Source: Gemmatimonadales bacterium
GTDB taxonomy: Bacteria; Gemmatimonadota; Gemmatimonadetes; Gemmatimonadales; GWC2-71-9
Assembly (NCBI GenBank): GCA_038321865.1
Contig: JBBQFH010000003.1
Coordinates: forward strand, 32,001 to 96,000
Direction: 5' to 3'
DNA: 64,000 nucleotides
Shown piece after piece: positions 28,888 to 37,036 of this stretch. The notes below the pieces were generated by a model, which was given only the letters and a program-made list of their open reading frames with translations, had not been told where the DNA came from and made no database searches. Position numbers and translations under genes: made by a program. The number at the start of each line of letters is the position of its first letter. Position 1 is the first letter of the stretch.

Positions 28888-28984
28888 GCCTAATCACTGC
28901 ATGCAGCAGACAGGGCCACCCGGCTACTCCGCATGTCTTGGGATATGATTAGTGGGCCCTGCAGCTGATGCGAATGCATTAGGC
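28888..28984 (+). repeat. attC 12
   Basis: GCCTAAT...ATTAGGC. Confidence 0.92.
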
Positions 28985-29019
28985 CGCAACTGAGCTCCGT
29001 AGACCGCAACCAACTTCTC

Positions 29020-30534
29020 TTGGTATTCGTGCACCAGCCGATCGAGAAAGCCGAGCCGACCACGTCGTCCGAGGCGTTATTGGCGCGACTCGCGACCGGC
29101 GCCTTCCTGACACCCTGGAGCTACCCCCGTGTGCACCGGAACCAGCCTGCCCAGAGCGGAGCGGTCATTGGCAAGGAGCTTTGTGACCTTCTTGTCGTCT
29201 TCGGCAAACATGTCATCATCTTCTCAGACAAGGCGTGCGCGATCGGTCGCTCCAGCGACCTGCAGAAGGACTGGTCTCGGTGGTATCGGCGGGCAGTACA
29301 AGCCTCTGTGCGGCAGGTCCTAGGCGCAGAGCGCTGGCTGCGAGAGCATCCGGACCGGCTATTTCTGGATCCACGGTGCACGACGCCGTTCCCATACGCC
29401 CTGCCGCCTGCTAGTGAAGCGGTCTACCACCGTATCGTCGTCGCGCGCGGCGCAAGCGTGCGCTGCACTCGCGAACTCGGCGGTTCCGGGAGCATGATGG
29501 TGCAAAGCCACGTCACAGGCGAGCCAGATGCTACTCCCCCGCCTTTCACGGTTGGTAATCCCAGCCCGCAGCATGGGGTGATCCACGTACTCGACGATAG
29601 CACGCTGACGTACATCTTCGAGGCACTGGATACGATCGTGGACTTCACTGACTACCTCGACCGGAAAGAGCGGCTGTTCACTTCGGAGGTTGAAGTCTGG
29701 TCAGCAGGCGAGGAGGAGCTTCTAGCTCACTACCTCAAGAACGTGGGATCTGACGGTCACCACGATTTCGTAATCCCACCTGACACGAACGCAGTGGCGT
29801 TCGAGGAAGGAATCTGGGAGGACTTCCAGCGCAATCCCCAACGCATCGCTCAGCTCGAGGCAAACCGGATTAGCTATGCTTGGGATCGGCTCATCGAGGT
29901 GTTTAGTGAGCACGCCTTCGCCGGAACTTCCCAGTTTATATCTCACCCAGGCTTCGGCACTCACGAGCAGTTGCTCCGAGTGCTAGCGAGCGAGGGTCGA
30001 ACGCAACGCCGAGGACTCGCGGAAGCACTCTTCGGCATTCTCAGGGACACTCCCTCCCATTTGCGCGGGACGCGGGTGGTGATACCAGAGCGTCCGGACC
30101 TCCCGTACTATGTGTTCTTGCTGTTGCCGTGGAGGGATGACAAGCCTGACGAAGTGAATCGCCTAGTCAGGCGCAACTTCCTCGAGGCATGCTGCCTGAC
30201 CGTCAAGCTGATACGTCCCGAGGCGCAGACCGTCGTTGGACTTGCGACGGAGAGCGGTCGGACGAATGGAGGATCCGAGGACCTCCTGCTCCTCGACGCG
30301 CGCAAATGGACCCCGGAATTAGAAGCAGAGGCGCGAGAGCTACGCAGTAGGCTGCACCTATTTCCGGAAGTTACACTGCGACCGTATCATCTTAGAGAGT
30401 ATCCTGAGGTCAGTGATGACAAGCCACGCCGGCATGGAACCCGACCGCCAAATAGACCCGCCGGAGGGCCGAGCCGGAACGGCCCCTGCCCGTGCGGCAG
30501 CGGGAAGCGCTTCAAACAGTGCCACGGCAAATAG
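29020..30534 (+). CDS. Cassette 13: NERD/PD-(D/E)xK-like protein with C-terminal SEC-C motif
   Basis: ELCDLLVVFGKHVIIFSDK and later A..Q motif; RNGPCPCGSGKRFKQCHG; start codon uncertain (TTG or GTG). Confidence 0.8.
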   Translation: MVFVHQPIEKAEPTTSSEALLARLATGAFLTPWSYPRVHRNQPAQSGAVIGKELCDLLVVFGKHVIIFSDKACAIGRSSDLQKDWSRWYRRAVQASVRQVLGAERWLREHPDRLFLDPRCTTPFPYALPPASEAVYHRIVVARGASVRCTRELGGSGSMMVQSHVTGEPDATPPPFTVGNPSPQHGVIHVLDDSTLTYIFEALDTIVDFTDYLDRKERLFTSEVEVWSAGEEELLAHYLKNVGSDGHHDFVIPPDTNAVAFEEGIWEDFQRNPQRIAQLEANRISYAWDRLIEVFSEHAFAGTSQFISHPGFGTHEQLLRVLASEGRTQRRGLAEALFGILRDTPSHLRGTRVVIPERPDLPYYVFLLLPWRDDKPDEVNRLVRRNFLEACCLTVKLIRPEAQTVVGLATESGRTNGGSEDLLLLDARKWTPELEAEARELRSRLHLFPEVTLRPYHLREYPEVSDDKPRRHGTRPPNRPAGGPSRNGPCPCGSGKRFKQCHGK

Positions 30535-30551
30535 GTCCAGTTATGCTTGCG

Positions 30552-30647
30552 GCCTAATCACTGCATGCAGCTGACAAGGGCACCAGGCCACGAGGCATTG
30601 GCGAACATATTGTAGGTGCCCTTGCAGCTGATGCGAGGGCATTAGAC
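30552..30647 (+). repeat. attC 13
   Basis: GCCTAAT...ATTAGAC; AAGGGCACC/GGTGCCCTT arm variant. Confidence 0.9.
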
Positions 30648-30700
30648 GTCTGCCGAGTTTGGCAGTAGCTTTCCAAAGCCCTTCTTCCCTGGAACCCTCT

Positions 30701-30907
30701 ATGGTTATCACGATCGAACTGGAGCGCGAGACGGACGGCCGCTGGATCGCCGAGGTCCCGAGCCTGGCCGGGGTGGTGACCTACGGGGCCACACGCGACG
30801 AGGCCGTGGCCCGGGTCCAAGCCCTGGCGCTCCGGGTCTTCGCCGATCGCCTCGAGCACAGCGAAACCGCCCCCGAACTGCTGGATCTGCACTTCCAAGC
30901 CGCGTGA
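30701..30907 (+). CDS. hicB: HicB-family antitoxin
   Basis: IELERETDGRWIAEVPSLAGVVTYGATRDEA. Confidence 0.85.
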   Translation: MVITIELERETDGRWIAEVPSLAGVVTYGATRDEAVARVQALALRVFADRLEHSETAPELLDLHFQAA

Positions 30908-30945
30908 GCGACTGGCCGGCCACCAAGGCACGGCGGTCGAGCTAG
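30904..30945 (+). pseudogene. 5' remnant of a HicA-family toxin
   Basis: GTGA overlap with the hicB stop; reads MSDWPATKARR then stops, resembling N-termini of HicA partners of this short HicB type (from memory). Confidence 0.6.
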
Positions 30946-30959
30946 GTGAGGGCGCGCGG

Positions 30960-31244
30960 CTAGTAGTGGTAGCGGGCTTGGAGGAATTCGATGCGGTCCG
31001 CGAACACCTCGTACACCAAGCGGTCCGCTTCGTTGATACGTCGCGACCAGACGTTGCCGCCAAGGTGTTTCAAGTGCTCGGGCTTGCCGAGGCCGGCGAA
31101 GGGTTCACGCAGCACGGCCTCCATCAGATCGAGCACGCGCAAGGCGGTCTTCCGGTTCGTGTCCACCCAGTAGTGGAGATCCTCGCGGAATTCGTCCTGG
31201 AGCGCCGCCACCCGCTTGGTCGAGGCCATGGCGGTGTCAGACAC
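30960..31244 (-). CDS. yoeB: Txe/YoeB family toxin
   Basis: DLHYW, PFAGLGKPEHLKH, WSRRINEADRLVY, ARYHY. Confidence 0.93.
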   Translation of the reverse strand: MSDTAMASTKRVAALQDEFREDLHYWVDTNRKTALRVLDLMEAVLREPFAGLGKPEHLKHLGGNVWSRRINEADRLVYEVFADRIEFLQARYHY

Positions 31245-31247
31245 CCA

Positions 31248-31535
31248 CTACGCGGGGTCCTCGAGGCCGAGCTCACGCCGCACGGCACTCAGATCCTGGG
31301 TTCGCGTCCGGCCGCGGCGGCCGCGCGTGAGGGCCGCCAGCAGCCGAGCGGCATTCTGCGGCGAGCGCAGCAAATAGGCGGTCTCGCGCAGACTGGCGAG
31401 CTCATCGGCTGGAATCAGGGCCATGTCTTCGTGGCCCCGGCGCTGGATGACAGCCACGTCGCGGCTATCCTCGACGGCGTTCCAGATGTCCGCAAGGTGT
31501 TCGCGGGCATGACTATAGCTGACTTTGATGCTCAT
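31248..31535 (-). CDS. yefM: Phd/YefM antitoxin
   Basis: SYSHAREHLA, ETAYLLRSPQNAARL; GGAGG RBS. Confidence 0.92.
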   Translation of the reverse strand: MSIKVSYSHAREHLADIWNAVEDSRDVAVIQRRGHEDMALIPADELASLRETAYLLRSPQNAARLLAALTRGRRGRTRTQDLSAVRRELGLEDPA

Positions 31536-31552
31536 GGCGCCTCCGTTTGACT

Positions 31553-31592
31553 TGTACAGAGACATTGTACAAGATAAGCGCTTTGCGGTCAA
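31553..31592 (-). promoter_or_regulatory. yefM-yoeB promoter with TGTACA operator pair
   Basis: Minus-strand TTGACC-17bp-TACAAT; TGTACA palindromes at 31553-31558 and 31566-31571. Confidence 0.8.
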
Positions 31593-31607
31593 GGTCTGGC
31601 AGCGCCT

Positions 31608-31704
31608 GCCCAATCACTGCATGCAGCAGACAGGGCCACCCGAGTTCATGCCATTAGCATAGAATTGATTAGTGGGCCCTGCAGCTGATGCGAGGGCATT
31701 AGGC
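31608..31704 (+). repeat. attC 14
   Basis: GCCCAAT...ATTAGGC; central region identical to attC 2. Confidence 0.9.
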
Positions 31705-31725
31705 CACACGAGGAGGCCTCGAAGA

Positions 31726-32214
31726 ATGCGCGTCTGGTACCCGGCGTCCCTTGCCCTGTTCATGACCGTTAGCGCATGCGGGGGCAGCTCCATCTGGCAG
31801 GGCCCGACCCCCCGCCTGAGGCAGCCCGGTCGCTCCCAGAGTGTGGTCGGTCGCTGGGCTCTGGTCTCGCTCGTGCGCAATGGGGAGGACTTGACCGACC
31901 GCATGAGGAGCGCCGGCGTTGTCAGCTACTACACGTTCGACGCTGACGGTACCTTCCGCATCATGCGGGGCGACTCCATCACGGAGACAGGCACGTGGTC
32001 AGAGGATACCACCGTGTCGCCAAAGCTCTTCGACCACATCCCGCACGTGAACGGGAAGACCGGCCCGTACGTGCCCGGCATCTTCACCATTACCGGGGAC
32101 ACTCTCACCATCTCTCTCATAGGACCGAATCCGGAGCGTCGGCACCCGACGCAATTCCGCTCGGTTCTGGCCGACAAATCGTGGCTGCTCGTATACCGCC
32201 GGACCCCGCAGTAG
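31726..32214 (+). CDS. Cassette 15: lipoprotein with lipocalin-like beta fold
   Basis: AGGAGG RBS, VSAC lipobox, VGRWALVS..YTFDADGTF..GTW. Confidence 0.75.
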   Translation: MRVWYPASLALFMTVSACGGSSIWQGPTPRLRQPGRSQSVVGRWALVSLVRNGEDLTDRMRSAGVVSYYTFDADGTFRIMRGDSITETGTWSEDTTVSPKLFDHIPHVNGKTGPYVPGIFTITGDTLTISLIGPNPERRHPTQFRSVLADKSWLLVYRRTPQ

Positions 32215-32325
32215 GGTGGCCGAACAAGCGTCCGCCTCCGCTTGAGGTGCAGACACAAGTTGTCAAGCTTGGCTCCTGATCCAGAACACGACCGTACGGC
32301 TTTCACCTCCTTCGAATGGACTAAC

Positions 32326-32640
32326 ATGAAATACATGATCAGCTGGACCGAACGCCCGCAGGGCTCGCCCATGGAGTACGAGAACGCCCAGAAGCGGATC
32401 CTCGAAGTCTTCGGCCAGTGGAAGGCGCCGGACAACTTCAGGATCGACTTCTTCGTGATCCGCGTCGGGGAGTGGGGCGGCAACATGCTGATGGAATGCG
32501 ACGATCTGGTGACGATTCACAAGTTCTGTTCGATGCTCCCTGCGTTCGTCTTCGAGGTCCATCCCGTCATCCCCGTCGACCAGGCCGTCCGTGGCGAACT
32601 CGAGGTCATCGCCTGGCGCGACGGCCTGAAAGGCAAGTGA
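32326..32640 (+). CDS. DUF3303-like protein
   Basis: MKYMISW...PAFVFEVHPVIPV pattern. Confidence 0.7.
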   Translation: MKYMISWTERPQGSPMEYENAQKRILEVFGQWKAPDNFRIDFFVIRVGEWGGNMLMECDDLVTIHKFCSMLPAFVFEVHPVIPVDQAVRGELEVIAWRDGLKGK

Positions 32641-32821
32641 CACTGGACCGCTCGCCGCGGCCGCGACGCTCCGACAGCACCATCAAGCCAATGGTCGTCG
32701 TGATGAGCATGGCGGACGCGCGCGCAGCTGCAGCCGAGGCCGGCGGTATCGTCAACGCTGAGCGTCACATCTGGCCCGGGTGCGTTGCAGACAGTATTCC
32801 CGTACCTCTGCTGGAGGCGAC

Positions 32822-33205
32822 ATGTCCCACGGCAAGATCTGCTATCTGGAAATACCGGCCACGACGGCGGAGGCATCAGCGGACTTTTACAGCTCGATTT
32901 TCGGATGGAAGGTGAGGCGACGGGCGGATGGCGCGCTGGCCTTCGACGACCCAGGCGGGGTGAGTGGGACCTGGGTGAAGGAGAGCGACCGGACACCGGA
33001 CGAACACACGCGGACGTATATCATGGTCGATGGCATTACCGACACACTCGCACGCATTCACGCTGCAGGCGGGCGAACCCTGACGCCCCGTACTGCAATC
33101 GGCCAGGGCATGGGGGCGTTTGCCATTTTCGCCGACCCCGTCGGAAACGAATTCGGGCTCTACGAGGAACCGCAGCGCCGGCCCTCCCAGGCCACCGGGC
33201 GCTGA
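32822..33205 (+). CDS. VOC/glyoxalase family protein
   Basis: ICYLEIPA, FYSSIFGW, FADPVGNEFGL. Confidence 0.9.
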   Translation: MSHGKICYLEIPATTAEASADFYSSIFGWKVRRRADGALAFDDPGGVSGTWVKESDRTPDEHTRTYIMVDGITDTLARIHAAGGRTLTPRTAIGQGMGAFAIFADPVGNEFGLYEEPQRRPSQATGR

Positions 33206-33254
33206 TCGCGGGCTTCGGAGTCACCCACCTGCGCGACCGTTCACCAGGACATCC

Positions 33255-33740
33255 ATGCGCCGGCTACGATCACTGATACTCGCAGGCATCGTCACTGCCG
33301 CCCTGGTTGGCATCAGTGCCTGCAAACCCGGGGTTCACCCAATGAATCAGGCGGAGCTGCATGACCTTGCGACCCGCTACGCAGCCGCGTGGAGCAGCCG
33401 GGATCCGGCCGCGTTTGCACGCTTTTACGCGGAGCGCGGGGTATTGAGAGTGAATGGCGGTCCTCCCTCGGTCGGCCGGGAAGCCGTCAAGGCGACCGCG
33501 CAGTCCTACATGACCGCGTTTCCCGACATGGTCGTCCGGCTGGATTCACTGACGCATGAAGCCGACCAGACGATTTTCCATTGGACGTGGACGGGGACGA
33601 ATACCGGGCCGGGCGGGACAGGGAGATCCGTGCGTCTGAGCGGGTACGAACGGTGGAGCCTCGACGCCGACGGCCTCATCGCCGAATCGCAGGGCCACTT
33701 TGACGAGGCAGCGTACCGGCGACAGGTGAATGGCGGCTGA
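33255..33740 (+). CDS. SnoaL/NTF2-like protein
   Basis: YAAAWSS, AFPD, WTWTGTNTG. Confidence 0.85.
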   Translation: MRRLRSLILAGIVTAALVGISACKPGVHPMNQAELHDLATRYAAAWSSRDPAAFARFYAERGVLRVNGGPPSVGREAVKATAQSYMTAFPDMVVRLDSLTHEADQTIFHWTWTGTNTGPGGTGRSVRLSGYERWSLDADGLIAESQGHFDEAAYRRQVNGG

Positions 33741-34105
33741 GGGTCGCGGTGGCGCCCGGCACCCGCCGAGTTAAGTGCCCGCCTCGAGCCTGGCGCGCTC
33801 ATACCGCTCCCGGAACTCGGGATCGGCGCGGCGCCACGCTTTCTCGACGGCCCGCCAATGCACCACCGCGCTATCGCGCTGGCCGACCTGCTGGAACGCT
33901 TCGGTCATCAGGAACACGGCACCACCACTCGGAGCCGTCGAAGCCGCGCATGAAACCGGGCTGATCGCCCCTTGCGGCTGGCACTGGACGATGACGCCGA
34001 CGCTGGTGAAGCAAGCGGTCGCGCGGGCGGTGGATGAGCATCTGGAGCAGGTCAGGACGGCAGGAAGGAGGTAGGTTTCACCATCCCTCCTTTCCATGGG
34101 GCAAC

Positions 34106-34465
34106 ATGTGGCGTCTCATCCTTCGAATCGCAGCCGTACTCGCGTTCGCCCATGTCGCGCTCACGTTCGTCGCGGCGGTGGTCATCGCGCACGGGCGGCC
34201 GGTCGATGAGCTCGCCTTCGCGCAGCATGGTTTCGGCTTCGGATTTCTGGCCCTGCTGAACCTCGCCGTGTGGGGTCGCGCTGCGCCCGCGGCGCTCCGC
34301 GTTGCCGTGCACGTCTGCAACGTTGCATTCCTCGCATTCCTCATCACATTCATCAGCGTCAAGCCGGAGCCGCCGCTTTACGCCGCCGCCGCTATCGTGC
34401 TGGTGCTCACGATCGCGGCGTTCGCGCTCGACCGACCGACCGCGCGGATGGCGGCTCGGGCATAG
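34106..34465 (+). CDS. Small membrane protein
   Basis: Four hydrophobic segments. Confidence 0.65.
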   Translation: MWRLILRIAAVLAFAHVALTFVAAVVIAHGRPVDELAFAQHGFGFGFLALLNLAVWGRAAPAALRVAVHVCNVAFLAFLITFISVKPEPPLYAAAAIVLVLTIAAFALDRPTARMAARA

Positions 34466-34548
34466 CCACGCCGCACGGCAACCTCCTTCCGTCTGAAGCG
34501 AGCGCTGCGTATTCTGGTTCAGCCCTGACTGGAGCAGCACACAGCGAC

Positions 34549-35259
34549 ATGCGTATCGCCGACATGAACTGGATGCAGGTTGAGGCATACCTCACCCGCG
34601 ACGACCGCGCCGTGCTCCCCCTCGGCAGCACCGAGCAGCACAGTCACCTCCGGCTGACGGTGGATTGCATCCTTCCCGAGCGGGTCGCCGCGGACGCGGC
34701 CGAACCGCTCGGGATCCCGGTCTTTCCCGTCCTCGGCTACGGGGTCACCCCGTACTTCCGCGAATATCCGGGTTCGATATCCCTCCGCGTCGAGACGCAC
34801 CTCGCCGTGGTGCGCGACATCCTCGACGGGATGGCGCACAGCGGCTTCCGGCGCATCATGATCTGCAACGGCCACGGCGGGAACGGCGCCGTCCAGCAGT
34901 TCGCCGGGGAGTGGGCGGCGGACCATCCCGGCTGCAAGGTGCTCTTCCATAACTGGTGGAACGCCCCGAAGACCTGGGCCAGGGTCCAGGCCATCGACCC
35001 GGTGGCCTCGCACGGCTCCTGGATGGAAAACTTTCCCTGGACGCGGCTCCCGGGCGTCGAGCTCCCCCAGACGCAGCGGGCGATGGTCGACATGGAGAAG
35101 GTGCGCATGCTCGATCCCGTCGCCATGCGCGCGTACATTCCCGACGGCAACTACGGTGGCCTCTACCAGCGGCCGGACGCCGACATGCTGTCCCTGTGGC
35201 AGGTCGCCGTCGAGGAAACCCGTGCGCTGCTGGACGGGTCGTGGGGTGGCCCATCGTAG
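34549..35259 (+). CDS. Creatininase family amidohydrolase
   Basis: LPLGSTEQH, NGHGGN. Confidence 0.9.
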   Translation: MRIADMNWMQVEAYLTRDDRAVLPLGSTEQHSHLRLTVDCILPERVAADAAEPLGIPVFPVLGYGVTPYFREYPGSISLRVETHLAVVRDILDGMAHSGFRRIMICNGHGGNGAVQQFAGEWAADHPGCKVLFHNWWNAPKTWARVQAIDPVASHGSWMENFPWTRLPGVELPQTQRAMVDMEKVRMLDPVAMRAYIPDGNYGGLYQRPDADMLSLWQVAVEETRALLDGSWGGPS

Positions 35260-36287
35260 CGGCGCCGAAGGGACGCTGCCTCGTCTGGGGGGCGGGGGCG
35301 ATCGGCGGCACCATGGGGGCGTTCCTGTCGCGCGCCGGCCACGACGTGACCCTGGTCGACACGGTGGCCGAGCACGTCGCCGCCATCAATCGCTCCGGGC
35401 TCCGCATCACCGGTCCGATCGCCGAGTTCTCGACGCCGCTGCCCGCCTTCGCCCCCGACACGCTGCGCGGGACGTGGGATACGATCATCCTCGCCACCAA
35501 AGCGCATCACACCGCCGCCGCCGCACGGACGCTGCTCCCCCACCTTGGCCCCGCCGGCTGCGTGATCTCGGCGCAGAACGGCCTCAACGAGCTGGCCATC
35601 GCGGAGGCCGTCGGCGAGGAGCGGACGGTCGGCGCGTTCGTGAACTTCGGCGCCGATTACCTGGAGCCGGGGGTAGTGCTCTACGGCGGCCGGGGCACGG
35701 TGGCGGTCGGCGAGGCGTTCGGACCGGAGGACTCGCGCCTCTCCCCGCGGGCCATCCGGATTCGCGACACATGGCGGGACTTCGACGAGCGCGCCATCGC
35801 GACCGCCAACATTCTTGGCTACCTCTGGGCCAAGGAAGCGTACGGTGCGATGCTCTTCGCGACGGCGCTTACCAACGAGTCGATCGCCGATGCGCTGGCA
35901 GCGCCGGAGTATCGCGCGCTTTACATCGCGCTGGCCCGCGAAATTCTCGCCGTGGCGCTGGCGGAGGGGGTGCGACCGGAAGCGTTCGACGGTTTCGATC
36001 CCGCGGCATACCTGCCCGATGCCGCGGCCGGTGCCGCGTCACGATCGCTGGATGACCTCGTCGCCCACAATCGCAAGTCGGCCAAGACGCACAGCGGGAT
36101 CTGGCGTGACCTGGCGGTCCGCAAGCGGCCCACCGAGGTAGACGCCCAGCTGGGCATCATCGTGACGCTCGGTACCGGCGCCGGTGTGCCGACGCCGCTG
36201 ACGGCGCGGCTGGTGACCCTGATCCAGGAGATCGAGCGGGGCGTCCGCCCCCTCGCACGCGAGAATCTGGAGGCGCTCGCTTCTTGA
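35241..36287 (+). CDS. Ketopantoate reductase family protein
   Basis: GAGAIG, SAQNGL, DLAVRKRPTEVD; start uncertain. Confidence 0.85.
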   Translation: MGWPIVAAPKGRCLVWGAGAIGGTMGAFLSRAGHDVTLVDTVAEHVAAINRSGLRITGPIAEFSTPLPAFAPDTLRGTWDTIILATKAHHTAAAARTLLPHLGPAGCVISAQNGLNELAIAEAVGEERTVGAFVNFGADYLEPGVVLYGGRGTVAVGEAFGPEDSRLSPRAIRIRDTWRDFDERAIATANILGYLWAKEAYGAMLFATALTNESIADALAAPEYRALYIALAREILAVALAEGVRPEAFDGFDPAAYLPDAAAGAASRSLDDLVAHNRKSAKTHSGIWRDLAVRKRPTEVDAQLGIIVTLGTGAGVPTPLTARLVTLIQEIERGVRPLARENLEALAS

Positions 36288-37036
36288 CGCTCGACTTCAC
36301 CGGCCGGACCGCGATCGTCACCGGGGCCGCTCACGGATTCGGTCGCGCGATTTCCCTCGCGTTCGCCGAGCGTGGCGCGGCGGTGTGGGCCTGCGATGTG
36401 ATCGAGGACGAGCTGGCCGAGACCGGTCGCCTCTGCCAGTGTACGGTGCGGACGGTGGACGTCCGCGACCGGGACGCCGTGGATCGCTTCGTGGCCGAGG
36501 CGTCGGCGGCGGCCGGGTTCGTGCACGTGCTCGTGAACAATGCCGGCGGCGTGCTGGGTCAGGTGGGCCGGCCCCTCGAGGAGGTCGCGCCGGCGGAGTG
36601 GCAGGCCATCTTCGACGTGAACGTGACCGGGGCGTTCCTCTGCTCGCAGGCCGTCGCTCCGGGGATGAAGGCGGCGAAATCCGGGCGCATCATCAACATC
36701 TCGAGCGGCGCCGGCCTGGGGATCAGCCTGACCGGCATCCAGGCCTACGCCGCTGCCAAGGCGGCGCAGATCGGGCTCACCCGGCAGCTGGCCCACGAGC
36801 TCGGTCCCTGGGGCATTACGGTCAACAATGTGGCGCCCGGGTTCGTGCGCTCGAATCCGACCACCGAGCGGCAGTGGCAGGCATACGGCGCCGAGAAGCA
36901 GCGGGCGCTGGTCGAAGGGATCGCGCTCAGGCGGCTGGGGGCGGTCGACGATATCGCCGCCGGCGTGCTGTTCTTCGCGTCGGAATCGGCGGGGTGGGTG
37001 ACGGGGCAGGTGCTTGCCATCGACGGTGGCAAGTGA
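36284..37036 (+). CDS. SDR family oxidoreductase
   Basis: TGAAHGFG, NNAG, YAAAK. Confidence 0.92.
   Translation: MTLDFTGRTAIVTGAAHGFGRAISLAFAERGAAVWACDVIEDELAETGRLCQCTVRTVDVRDRDAVDRFVAEASAAAGFVHVLVNNAGGVLGQVGRPLEEVAPAEWQAIFDVNVTGAFLCSQAVAPGMKAAKSGRIINISSGAGLGISLTGIQAYAAAKAAQIGLTRQLAHELGPWGITVNNVAPGFVRSNPTTERQWQAYGAEKQRALVEGIALRRLGAVDDIAAGVLFFASESAGWVTGQVLAIDGGK

Larger units (their letters stand above)
19341..32230 (+). mobile_element. Chromosomal integron: intI, candidate attI and 15-cassette array (inverted-integrase layout, AAT-type attC)
   Basis: intI followed on the same strand by 14 conserved 96-99 bp palindromic repeats separating mostly single genes. Confidence 0.93.

Noticed and set aside
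22137..31704. Regularly recurring repeat read as a CRISPR array or REP/MITE family
   Set aside because: Repeats are 96-99 bp imperfect palindromes separated by gene-sized units next to an integron integrase; no cas genes and no target duplications
33745..34075. Possible gene or attC right half
   Set aside because: Only short fragments on both strands, no RBS-led ORF and no core site
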